Counted from the stretch's first letter, positions 28,869-37,172 are shown. The stretch is DNA of 64,000 nt from Bacillota bacterium (GCA_023412005.1 JAEYOE010000014.1:4890-68889), one strand, 5' to 3'. Made by a program: numbers and translations. Notes: generated from the letters alone by a model not told the origin.

Positions 28869-29231
28869 ATGCCTAATAAGATTGAAACCACACTGATGGC
28901 GATTAATGGCAATCAGGACTTTGCTATTATCGTAGGCAAAAGCGATGTATTTCAGTATGAAAATGGGCAGCGCACAAGCAAAGAAAGAGTAGGAGTTCGC
29001 CTTAATTTAGCTCTTCAGGGAAACAAGCTCACCCCGATATCGGCGCGCATTGATGGAGCAGATCCTTTGCCAGACTTAACGGATGAGCATATTGCGGAGA
29101 CATGTAGGCAGAGAAAATTTCTCTATGTCAAGCTGATTGAACCCGTCGTATCGATATATACCATTAATAATAACATCAATATGACGGCAACGGCAAAAGG
29201 CGCAGAAATCATCGGGAACAACAGCAAATAG
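28869..29231 (+). CDS. Small conserved element protein, DUF961-like (Tn916 Orf22/23 position)
   Basis: 120 aa with a strong SD (AAAGGAG). It precedes the FtsK-like gene as in Tn916-type modules. Family assignment is from sequence pattern only. Confidence 0.4.
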   Translation: MPNKIETTLMAINGNQDFAIIVGKSDVFQYENGQRTSKERVGVRLNLALQGNKLTPISARIDGADPLPDLTDEHIAETCRQRKFLYVKLIEPVVSIYTINNNINMTATAKGAEIIGNNSK

Positions 29232-29309
29232 TGAGGGGTTGTACGGAATGGAGGGGGAGGACAACCCCCTCCAGCTGTATAGGTCAGAACAAGAAAGGAA
29301 GTCCTTGAG

Positions 29310-30518
29310 ATGAAAAGCGAAAAAGATTCTATGCTTGCACATATGGGGGAATATGTGAGAACGCATTGGAAATGGCTGTTTTTTATTATCTATATAATAG
29401 CAGCAATTTTGGGCTGGAATATGAAGCTTGAAATACTAAGTTTCTTGCATATTGATAATATTCCTTTTCTACATCCGATATATAAAATCATCATCAGTGC
29501 TATATACTTACTGCTGGGCACATGTCTCCTTATATGCATTTTGAAGTGGGTTAGAGAACCAGTATTTTTGCAATTATGGTATAAAAGAGGATTTGAGAAC
29601 ATTGGATTTAAAAACAGTCAAGGCATGGTTCCGATTCTCAAGTCAAGGCGCAAAGACAAACGTAAAACGCACGGTCTCATTTACGAGTTTGATAATGTTG
29701 GACTTTCTGTAGACGATTTTGAAAATAGCACTGATAGAATTCAAACGGTTTTAAATGGAACGGTTTATCGTATCGCATATTCTAAAAAGAGAATGAGCAG
29801 AACCTTTTTATATGTATTGCCTAAAAAGTATGCTTTACCAACAGTTATTTCACTTAACAGTATATCCATGTGTTCGGAGCCGAATCTATTATGCGTAGGA
29901 AAAACCGGAGCAGGGAAAAGCTACGCGCTTGCCACCATGATGGGGATTTTTGCATTACATATCCCTGAAGTAAGTATCACAATTTGCGATTATAAAAAGA
30001 GTTCATTTGCTCAATTTGAGGATACACCAAATTTCTTTGGTTATCAGGATGTGCCAGATGGAGTACGGGGATTCTATAAAGAATTCCAAGAGCGTCTTGC
30101 GGCAAATGATTCTGACCGTAATAAGAAGGTGAGGGTTCTTCTTATTGATGAGTACGGTGCATTAATAGCCGCACAGGACAAGAAACTTGCAGATGAACTA
30201 AAGATGATGATAGCCAATATGCTCTTTATGGGACGTAGCCTCGGTATAAAGGTTTTGATTGGTGTGCAACGGGCAGATAGCGAGCACTTTCGCGCTGGTG
30301 CACGAGATCAGTTTAGGTCAATCCTTGCACTTGGCAATCTCTCAAAAGAACAAAAGCTGATGCTATTTGCGGATGATAGAGATAGTATGACGGAAATTAA
30401 CGACATCGGTGAGGGCTATCTTTTTATTGATGGAAAGGGTCTGGAAAGAGTAAAGATTTCCCCAATCAGAGATTCCGAGTTTCTCAACGAGAGTATAAGA
30501 AAAGCTATGTACCATTAG
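29310..30518 (+). CDS. FtsK/SpoIIIE-family (TcpA/Orf21-like) DNA translocase / coupling protein
   Basis: N-terminal TM helices, Walker A GKTGAGKSYAL and Walker B VLLIDEYGAL. Confidence 0.8.
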   Translation: MKSEKDSMLAHMGEYVRTHWKWLFFIIYIIAAILGWNMKLEILSFLHIDNIPFLHPIYKIIISAIYLLLGTCLLICILKWVREPVFLQLWYKRGFENIGFKNSQGMVPILKSRRKDKRKTHGLIYEFDNVGLSVDDFENSTDRIQTVLNGTVYRIAYSKKRMSRTFLYVLPKKYALPTVISLNSISMCSEPNLLCVGKTGAGKSYALATMMGIFALHIPEVSITICDYKKSSFAQFEDTPNFFGYQDVPDGVRGFYKEFQERLAANDSDRNKKVRVLLIDEYGALIAAQDKKLADELKMMIANMLFMGRSLGIKVLIGVQRADSEHFRAGARDQFRSILALGNLSKEQKLMLFADDRDSMTEINDIGEGYLFIDGKGLERVKISPIRDSEFLNESIRKAMYH

Positions 30519-30641
30519 AGACAAGGACGGGCGGGCGGCTTATGCGTAGCAAGAAGTCGCTCGTTTGTCCATGCCGCCGAAGGCGGCAATTTAACTTGTT
30601 TCTTATGATACAATATCACGTTCTTAAAAAGAGGTGAAAAA

Positions 30642-31565
30642 ATGAGAATCGAAAGGTTGTCAGACAACATTAAACCGTCGCCAGATAGCACTGTAACAGT
30701 TAAAAAAATGGGACATATCACCGAGGTTCGTTATATGCAAGTCACTACTGGTGGTACTATCCATAAGCTTGATAAAGATAGCTATGTTGATTTAAGTACT
30801 GGTGAGGTCAAAGACTTTAAGCATAGAAAGAATCGATTAGGAAACATCGAAAGTGTCTCACGTTCCCTTCGTAATTTGCGGGATATCATAAATGCTAATA
30901 CCATTGATCAAGAAAATTGTTTATGGGTCACACTTACGTATGCGGAAAATATGCAAGACGAAAAACGGCTCTATGATGATTATCGTAAGTTCAATATGAA
31001 ATTTCAGAGATACTTAAAGAATGAAGGTATATTTAAGTGTGAATATATAGCCGCTGCGGAACCGCAAGGTAGAGGCGCATGGCATTTGCATATACTATTT
31101 ATCTATCCTGAAAAAGCACCGTTTATAAAGAATGCAACATTATCAGAGTTATGGGGTCACGGCTTTGTAAGCATATCGTCACTAATGGGCATCGATAATA
31201 TTGGTGTCTACCTATCCGCATATCTAAGCGATATGGATGTTATTAAAGCTTTGAATACAGTCGATTTTGATTGTAAGAAAGTCAAGATAGTAAATTCAGA
31301 TAGTGAAAATGACAGACGGCGTAAAAAAGCAATCATTAAAGGCGCTAGGATGAGGCTTTATCCAACGGGCTTTAGAATTTACCGACTTAGTAGAGGGATT
31401 AAGAAGCCGGTAATTTCCAAGATGACCGAGGCCGAGGCTATGCAGGAAGTAGAAGACGCAGCTCTTACATTCGAAAAAACAATACGGATAAAAAACAACG
31501 AAGATAAGACTATAAATCAAATCAATTACAGACATTTCAATAGCAGAGCTAATGAAGAGAGATAA
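30642..31565 (+). CDS. HUH rolling-circle replication initiator / relaxase
   Basis: RCR motif 1 LWVTLTY, motif 2 (HUH) GAWHLHILFIY, and a Tyr motif GVYLSAYLSD. 307 aa. Confidence 0.65.
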   Translation: MRIERLSDNIKPSPDSTVTVKKMGHITEVRYMQVTTGGTIHKLDKDSYVDLSTGEVKDFKHRKNRLGNIESVSRSLRNLRDIINANTIDQENCLWVTLTYAENMQDEKRLYDDYRKFNMKFQRYLKNEGIFKCEYIAAAEPQGRGAWHLHILFIYPEKAPFIKNATLSELWGHGFVSISSLMGIDNIGVYLSAYLSDMDVIKALNTVDFDCKKVKIVNSDSENDRRRKKAIIKGARMRLYPTGFRIYRLSRGIKKPVISKMTEAEAMQEVEDAALTFEKTIRIKNNEDKTINQINYRHFNSRANEER

Positions 31566-31664
31566 CTTAATGTCAATATGCTAAGTGCCCAGTCTTGGAC
31601 TGAACACAAGCAGTCAAGTGAACATATTTTATAATAAAGATTTCTTGAAAGGGGGACGGTGCCA

Positions 31665-31841
31665 ATGAAGGCTGAGAATTCGGAAACCCTAAATAGCATC
31701 AATGATTCAATCGCATTGACGCCGGAACAATCGGATAAGTTGCAAGCTGCTGTTAAGATTGGCCTATGTAAAGAGCTACATCGAAAAGGCTTGCTGACAG
31801 ATATGCAACTAAACTATTTAATTTTAGAACAAAACGAATAA
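31665..31841 (+). CDS. Small helical protein immediately upstream of the recombinase (candidate RDF / excision cofactor)
   Basis: 58 aa from the ATG at 31665, with AAAGGGGGA as SD. No recognised family. The functional call rests on position only. Confidence 0.35.
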   Translation: MKAENSETLNSINDSIALTPEQSDKLQAAVKIGLCKELHRKGLLTDMQLNYLILEQNE

Positions 31842-31914
31842 TGTTTTGTTGCCCATCTCCGCCGTTTTTGATAGAATAAAAGCAGCGGATTTTTTATTAT
31901 TGAGGATGAATTAA

Positions 31915-33525
31915 ATGAGTGATAAATTGAAAGTTGCGGCCTATTGCCGAGTATCAACAGATAAAGATGACCAAGCAAATTCACTGGCAAGCCAAATTGA
32001 TTATTTCACCAAATACATCAGCAATAACAATGAATGGGAAATGGTTGAGGTTTATTACGATGAAGGTATAACCGGGACTTCAACAAAAAAGCGCACAGGA
32101 TTCAATAGAATGATTGCTGATGCTTTGAACGCCAGAATTGATTTAATATTAACGAAAGAGATCAGCCGATTTGCCCGTAATACCCTTGATAGTATCAGTT
32201 ATACAAGGGAGTTAAAAGAAAAGGGTATAGGGGTTGTATTCATCAATGATAATATCAATACCCTTGACAATGACAGCGAATTGCGGCTTACGATCATGTC
32301 AAGTATTGCTCAAGAAGAGAGCAGAAAGACATCTGAGCGCGTCAAATGGGGGCAGAAGCGTCGAATGGAGCAAGGCGTTGTATTCGGCAGGGATATGTTG
32401 GGGTATTTCGTCAAGGACGGTAAATTAATAGTTAATCCAGATGAGGTCGAGGCTGTTAAGCTAATATTCCATAAGTATCTTAATGAGGGGAAAGGCACGT
32501 GGACAATAGCAAGAGAATTGTATAACTCAGGAATCAAGCCGAAACGTGTTAAAGAGTGGTCAAATACCATGATACTGAAAGTGCTGCGTAACGAAAAATA
32601 TGTTGGTGACTTGCTTCAAAAGAAAACCTTTACGCCGAATTATTTGAGCCATTCAAAGAAATATAACAACGGGCATGAGGATAAAGTATATATCCGTGAT
32701 CATCACGAGCCTATCATTGATCGCAAGACTTGGGATACAGTTCAAAAAGAGCTTGATAGGCGTTCTCCCTCTAATGAGCAAAAATCAAAACATTCTAACC
32801 GCTATTGGTGCAGCGGTAAATTAATATGCGGCGAATGTGGACAAAGGTTTGTTAGTAAAACGAAAAAGCTATCTGATGATTCGGTTTATAAAGCGTGGAG
32901 ATGTTATGCTGCCGCTAATCACGGAACAGCAAAAGTCGATGATTTGGGGAATCATGTAGGATGTGATAGCAGTTCCATAAATGACAAGGTTCTTCTTTAT
33001 TGTGTTTGCTATGTTCTTAAGCATATTCAAATCAATAAGGACAAAATCATTAAAGACCTTATGCAAAGCATAAAGTCAGTACAGTCCATAAATACGATTG
33101 TTGATACTGCTAAATTGTATGAACAGATTAGCCAAATAAACAAAAAGAAAGCCAAAGCCTATGATCTTGTTATTGAAGGACTTATGAGCAAAGAAGACTT
33201 AAAATTGCAGATAGAGGAATACGATAGCCAGATTAGAGGAATCACTTCTCAAATATCTGAAGCGGAAAACGAGAACGGCATTCGCCAAATGCAGCTTGAG
33301 GGTATAAACCAATATATAGTTGAGATAAAGAGAATCCTTAACTTCGACACCGAAAATGAGCTGTTGTATAGGGAACTTGTTGATAAAATAAAAGTCTACA
33401 ATAGGAATACGGTTGAGGTGCATATGAAATGCCTTCCCTTTGTTGTTAAATTGATATATTCATCAAAGGGAAGAATGGAGAAGTTTACAGTGAGGATTGA
33501 AAAAATTGAGATATTGGAGAATTGA
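31915..33525 (+). CDS. Large serine recombinase (SpoIVCA/TnpX/TndX class)
   Basis: Resolvase catalytic domain AAYCRVSTDKDDQ...SLASQ, then a recombinase domain and a zinc ribbon CGECGQRF...WRC, then a coiled-coil tail. 536 aa. Confidence 0.9.
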   Translation: MSDKLKVAAYCRVSTDKDDQANSLASQIDYFTKYISNNNEWEMVEVYYDEGITGTSTKKRTGFNRMIADALNARIDLILTKEISRFARNTLDSISYTRELKEKGIGVVFINDNINTLDNDSELRLTIMSSIAQEESRKTSERVKWGQKRRMEQGVVFGRDMLGYFVKDGKLIVNPDEVEAVKLIFHKYLNEGKGTWTIARELYNSGIKPKRVKEWSNTMILKVLRNEKYVGDLLQKKTFTPNYLSHSKKYNNGHEDKVYIRDHHEPIIDRKTWDTVQKELDRRSPSNEQKSKHSNRYWCSGKLICGECGQRFVSKTKKLSDDSVYKAWRCYAAANHGTAKVDDLGNHVGCDSSSINDKVLLYCVCYVLKHIQINKDKIIKDLMQSIKSVQSINTIVDTAKLYEQISQINKKKAKAYDLVIEGLMSKEDLKLQIEEYDSQIRGITSQISEAENENGIRQMQLEGINQYIVEIKRILNFDTENELLYRELVDKIKVYNRNTVEVHMKCLPFVVKLIYSSKGRMEKFTVRIEKIEILEN

Positions 33526-33736
33526 GTTGCTACTATTGTTCGCGCTATAATATGCTAATATATGATGATTTTCGTGCCAAAAAGATTTCTCTTCTGCATA
33601 GATTGGAGTTGGCATACGGCTTATCTATCGGCATGACAGAAAGCGCCTATGTGGCGGAACTTATGAAGTTGTCTCAAGAAAAAATAGCAGGGTTGAAATA
33701 AGAAGGCTCCATTTCTTGATGTTATTATTACACAAA

Positions 33737-34468
33737 TTATGTAGTGGAACGTCTACGTTTTAGCTCTGCTGGCAACTCATATAAATATTTCAATAGTTCT
33801 CTCATAAAACTGTGCAATTGTTTTGCATCATCATTAGTGACAGGATTAATAGGATCATAATGAGCCCCATCATTACCAATTAAACGCACTTCTTTTGCCC
33901 ATTCAGATAGATTTGGTTGCAGTATACCTTTATCTGATAGAGCTTTTAATCTATCAACAAGATGTCCTTTTGTTTCACCGAGATTTTCCGTAATTGCTTC
34001 GAGTGTTCGCCTTAGCATAACCGTAGATGCCCGAGGACAGTTAGCGAGTAACGTTGTTGATGCTTCACTAAATGCATCACGTATACATTCGGGGATATCC
34101 TTTGATAAATTACTATCAGGTAATGGCCACCAGTGTATTCCCCTGAAGGTAATAGAACCACCTGTCCATTTTAAACGAGAAGGTGTTTCGCCAATATATT
34201 CCTCTTCAATAACTACTGTAGCCTGATTGCAGTTTCGGCATAATAAAGAAGACACTCTATCGCTATAGGTCTTTTCACCGGTTGTTGCAACTACACCTTC
34301 GCTATAAGTTACCGGTAAGCTTCCGATTATATCAAAACTTGATTGTTTATTGCATCGTGGGCACAAGCCATTTGGTCTATATGAATCAGGAAGTCCGTCA
34401 TTTTTTAAAGGAAGTGGTTCGTTTCTTTTGCCCTTATTCGTTGGACTCTTTGCAAAAATATTAAACAT
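33737..34468 (-). CDS. Zn-ribbon plus DUF4145 domain protein
   Basis: CPRCN...CRNCN ribbon, then DAFSEA...MLRRTLEAI...IRLIGNDGAHYD typical of DUF4145. Start moved to the ATG at 34468, which has AAGGAGAAG upstream. Confidence 0.65.
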   Translation of the reverse strand: MFNIFAKSPTNKGKRNEPLPLKNDGLPDSYRPNGLCPRCNKQSSFDIIGSLPVTYSEGVVATTGEKTYSDRVSSLLCRNCNQATVVIEEEYIGETPSRLKWTGGSITFRGIHWWPLPDSNLSKDIPECIRDAFSEASTTLLANCPRASTVMLRRTLEAITENLGETKGHLVDRLKALSDKGILQPNLSEWAKEVRLIGNDGAHYDPINPVTNDDAKQLHSFMRELLKYLYELPAELKRRRSTT

Positions 34469-34594
34469 TGTTCTTCTCCTTAAATTGTATATAATCATAC
34501 TATAGTTACCTGTATATTTCAACATAATATACCAATTAATAAGATAAGAATATAAACAGTAACAGAAAATGCATTGTATTTTTATTTTGTTTTG

Positions 34595-34623
34595 TTGAAA
34601 GAAAAACTAACGCGTGGTATATT
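34595..34623 (+). promoter_or_regulatory. Sigma-A promoter for the peptide / MUG-like / DUF2971 operon
   Basis: TTGAAA, 17 nt, TATATT with a TGn extended -10. Confidence 0.45.
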
Positions 34624-34683
34624 ATAGAAATAATATAAGTGGTTTTGATTCAATATTATTATAAATAAAAGGCAGGTCATCTG

Positions 34684-34755
34684 ATGTTATTTATAATAGC
34701 AATTATATGTATAATTATAGGTTTGTCGGGCACTAAAGGAAGATATAGAAGATAA
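34684..34755 (+). CDS. Candidate 23-aa hydrophobic peptide (MLFIIAIICIIIGLSGTKGRYRR)
   Basis: AAGGCAGG lies 7 nt upstream. The stop overlaps the next gene's ATG (TAATG). It could be a chance ORF in AT-rich DNA. Confidence 0.3.
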   Translation: MLFIIAIICIIIGLSGTKGRYRR

Positions 34756-35267
34756 TGAATAACGAATGTAAATATGTTCTTGAAGATACTTTGGAATACG
34801 GACAGAGATTAGTTATTTGCGGTACGGCTGCGGGGGATACTTCAGCAGCGAAAGAATACTATTATGCTGGCTCCGGTAATAAATTCTGGGCAATACTTCA
34901 CAAAACTAAACTTACTGCCCAACAACTACACCCTAATGAATATAAAATTCTTAAAGACTATTCAATTGGCTTAACAGACATTGTTAAAGACCAACATGGT
35001 AATGATAGCAAGATAAATTTTAACAATTCACAATCCAATGAACTTCGAAGGAAAATTATTTTATTCAAGCCGAAAGTATTATGCTTCAACGGAAAAGAAG
35101 CTGCAAAAAGATTTTTTAATAAAAAAGCAGTAGACTATGGTGTATGTAAAGAAATAATTGGTGACACCATATTGTACATTGCTCCATCAACCAGCGGTTT
35201 GGCAGCCAAATGGTGGGATGAATCCTTTTGGCATGAATTATCAGGAATCGTTGGAGATGGAAAATGA
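34755..35267 (+). CDS. Uracil-DNA glycosylase superfamily protein, MUG/TDG-like, with the catalytic Asn replaced
   Basis: RLVICGTAAGDTSA aligns with E. coli Mug RVVFCGINPGLSSA. Further matches: AGSGNKFW with HPANRFW, IGLTDIV with GVTKLV, and YIAPSTSGLA with LPNPSGLS. Confidence 0.7.
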   Translation: MNNECKYVLEDTLEYGQRLVICGTAAGDTSAAKEYYYAGSGNKFWAILHKTKLTAQQLHPNEYKILKDYSIGLTDIVKDQHGNDSKINFNNSQSNELRRKIILFKPKVLCFNGKEAAKRFFNKKAVDYGVCKEIIGDTILYIAPSTSGLAAKWWDESFWHELSGIVGDGK

Positions 35268-35974
35268 GCTTATATAAGTATTCCGCTATTACAAAACATA
35301 CTAAAGAAAACTTAATGAATAACCTAATATATTTTCAATCCCCAAGTTTTTTTAATGATCCATACGAATTCATTTTTAAGTTCGAAGTTGCTGATCAAAT
35401 CTACATTAAGTTTCTAAAGCTTGTTTACGGTGATCAATATAAGTTTTTTTTAGAAAAAGGCATGTCAAAAAGTGAAGTGCTGGAGCATACTCGAGATCAT
35501 TATTTTGGTCAAATGTGTAAGTTGCTTGGGGCGGTCTGTTTATCAGAAGACGATAATAATGACCTAATGTGGGCGCATTATGGCGGTAATCATCATGGAA
35601 TCTGTATTGAATTTGATGCAGAAATTACTCCATTTCACCTATGTCAAAAAGTTCATTATATAAACGATGTTTTTTGTCTGTCGATAAATACTGTCTCCAA
35701 TCTTCAAGAACAATTAGAAATAGAAATAGGGGCAGCCTTTCTTCGAAAAAGTAAAATATGGAGCTATGAAAAAGAATGGAGAATATTATCTGAAGCTTAT
35801 TCAATTGAACCATATCCTGCCAAGGCGATTAAATCAATAACCTTTGGATTTTTCTGTGAGAAGGAAAGCAAGCAAGAAATTATTAATCTAACTTCGCACT
35901 TGAACATCAAGTATTATGAAATAGTTCGTTCAAAAGATCATTATCTAACAAAGAAGATAGAATATAATAAATAA
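35264..35974 (+). CDS. DUF2971 family protein
   Basis: LYKYSAI...NLIYFQSPSFFNDPYEF and MWAHYGGNHHGICIEFD fit DUF2971. ATGA overlap with the MUG-like gene. Confidence 0.7.
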   Translation: MSLYKYSAITKHTKENLMNNLIYFQSPSFFNDPYEFIFKFEVADQIYIKFLKLVYGDQYKFFLEKGMSKSEVLEHTRDHYFGQMCKLLGAVCLSEDDNNDLMWAHYGGNHHGICIEFDAEITPFHLCQKVHYINDVFCLSINTVSNLQEQLEIEIGAAFLRKSKIWSYEKEWRILSEAYSIEPYPAKAIKSITFGFFCEKESKQEIINLTSHLNIKYYEIVRSKDHYLTKKIEYNK

Positions 35975-35985
35975 GCAATTAAGAT

Positions 35986-35998
35986 AACGATATAGGTA
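35986..35998. repeat. attR core (AACGATATAGGTA)
   Basis: Direct repeat of 19321..19333. CotJC homology resumes in frame here. Confidence 0.75.
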
Positions 35999-36402
35999 CG
36001 GAAGAGCTTGCTCATCTTGAGATGATCGGGACGATGGTGAAGCAGCTAACGCAAAACGCAACAGTAAAAGAAATTGAAGCAGCGGGTATGTCCGCATATT
36101 ACACCGATCATGACAAGGCCATCTATCCGGCTAACGCGGCAGGGGTGCCGTTCACAGCGGCCTATCTCCAGTCGAAGGGAGACCCGATAACGGACCTCAC
36201 AGAGGATATGGCAGCGGAACAAAAAGCACGCTCCACATATGAATATCTGTTGAATCAGGCGGATGATCCGGACGTAATCGGCCCACTAAGATTTCTGCGA
36301 GAGAGGGAGGTTGTTCATTTCCAGCGTTTCGGCGAAGCGCTGCGGATTGTTCAGGAGTATCTGGAGAACAGAAAGAAATTCAGCATGGGTAAAATGGTGT
36401 AG
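35997..36402 (+). CDS. cotJC: cotJC, 3' segment (codons 63-196 of the reconstituted gene)
   Basis: The in-frame reading (DIG)TEELAHLEMIGTMVKQL...AAEQKARSTYEYLL...LRFLREREVVHFQRFGEAL is colinear with the CotJC C-terminal two thirds. There is no SD or start of its own at the junction. Confidence 0.85.
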
Positions 36403-36419
36403 GTTATTTTCTAGAAATT

Positions 36420-36448
36420 AAGGATGCATAAGGCTGCATCCTTTTTTC
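36420..36448 (+). terminator. Rho-independent terminator ending the cotJ operon
   Basis: AAGGATGCA / TGCATCCTT 9-bp stem followed by TTTT. Confidence 0.7.
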
Positions 36449-36539
36449 ATAAATTCTTCAACAAAATAATGCATTTGCGTATGATAAAACAGATAAACAA
36501 CTAAACTTTTGAGCTTTGTTTTAGGAAGGTGGTGATACG

Positions 36540-36959
36540 ATGACCAACAACACGAATATGAATAGCCGCAGCCGTACATACACTGAAGAAAAAAGTCATA
36601 CAAATCTCACGCGAACATCGGGGCAAAACATGAAGAATACTTTTTCGGTTCCGCCGATTGACGAGATAACTGGGGAAAGCATGATGCCGTCAGACTCCAT
36701 GTTGGTGCCGATGGTTCCGGCAGCAACACCGGATCGAATGACAAAGAAGAGCCCGAGTTTTTCACAAGAATATCTGCGAGAACACATCGGACAGCCGGTG
36801 CGTGCCGAATTTTTAATAGGCACGGATGGTGCGCTGATAGACAGAACGGGCATTCTCACAGAAGTCGGCGAAAACTTCATCGTCCTGAAGCCATTCGGTT
36901 CCGACGATTCTTTGATGTGCGATTTGTTTTCAATCAAATTTGTCACCATCAGCAAGTAG
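36540..36959 (+). CDS. Spore coat protein GerQ-like
   Basis: The C-terminal block YLREHIGQPVRAEFLIGTDGALIDRTGILTEVGENFIVLKP...LMCDLFSIKFVTI resembles the GerQ/YwdL family. The N-terminus is low-complexity. Confidence 0.5.
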   Translation: MTNNTNMNSRSRTYTEEKSHTNLTRTSGQNMKNTFSVPPIDEITGESMMPSDSMLVPMVPAATPDRMTKKSPSFSQEYLREHIGQPVRAEFLIGTDGALIDRTGILTEVGENFIVLKPFGSDDSLMCDLFSIKFVTISK

Positions 36960-36999
36960 CGATATAAGCGTATATTTGCTATGGAATGCCACTATTTTG

Positions 37000-37172
37000 G
37001 TCATCCTGAGAAGCGAAGCGATGAAGGATCTGTTGAGACAGATTCTTCAACTTCACTTCGCTATACTTGTTACTGCGAAAGTGAATAGAATGACCTTTGT
37101 CCTAAGGTTATCACGGTGCTTTCGTGCATCATCATTCTGAGTTTGCGAAGCAACGCAACACGAAGTGAATTG
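37000..37172. repeat. Cluster of degenerate palindromic (REP-like) units
   Basis: GGTCATCCTGAGAAGCGAAGCGATGAAGGATCTG occurs at 37000, an inverted degenerate copy ends at ATGACC 37096, and a third copy TCATTCTGAG..GCGAAG..GAAGTGAAT lies at 37129..37172. Confidence 0.5.

Larger units (their letters stand above)
19332..35996. mobile_element. 16.7-kb integrative (IME-like, skin-like) element inserted in cotJC
   Basis: Bounded by the 13-bp repeat, visibly AT-rich compared with both flanks, and it splits an otherwise colinear cotJC. It encodes a large serine recombinase, an FtsK-like ATPase and an HUH Rep. No capsid, tail or terminase genes are present. Confidence 0.8.

Noticed and set aside
33510-33701. 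A 49-59-aa ORF right after the recombinase stop (..CYYCSRYNMLIYDDFRAKKISLL..).
   Set aside because: No usable SD for either the TTG or the ATG start, and no recognisable family. It is possibly a remnant.
19332-35996. The element as a prophage or phage remnant.
   Set aside because: No terminase, portal, capsid, tail, holin or lysin genes are present. The backbone is FtsK-like plus HUH Rep plus serine recombinase.
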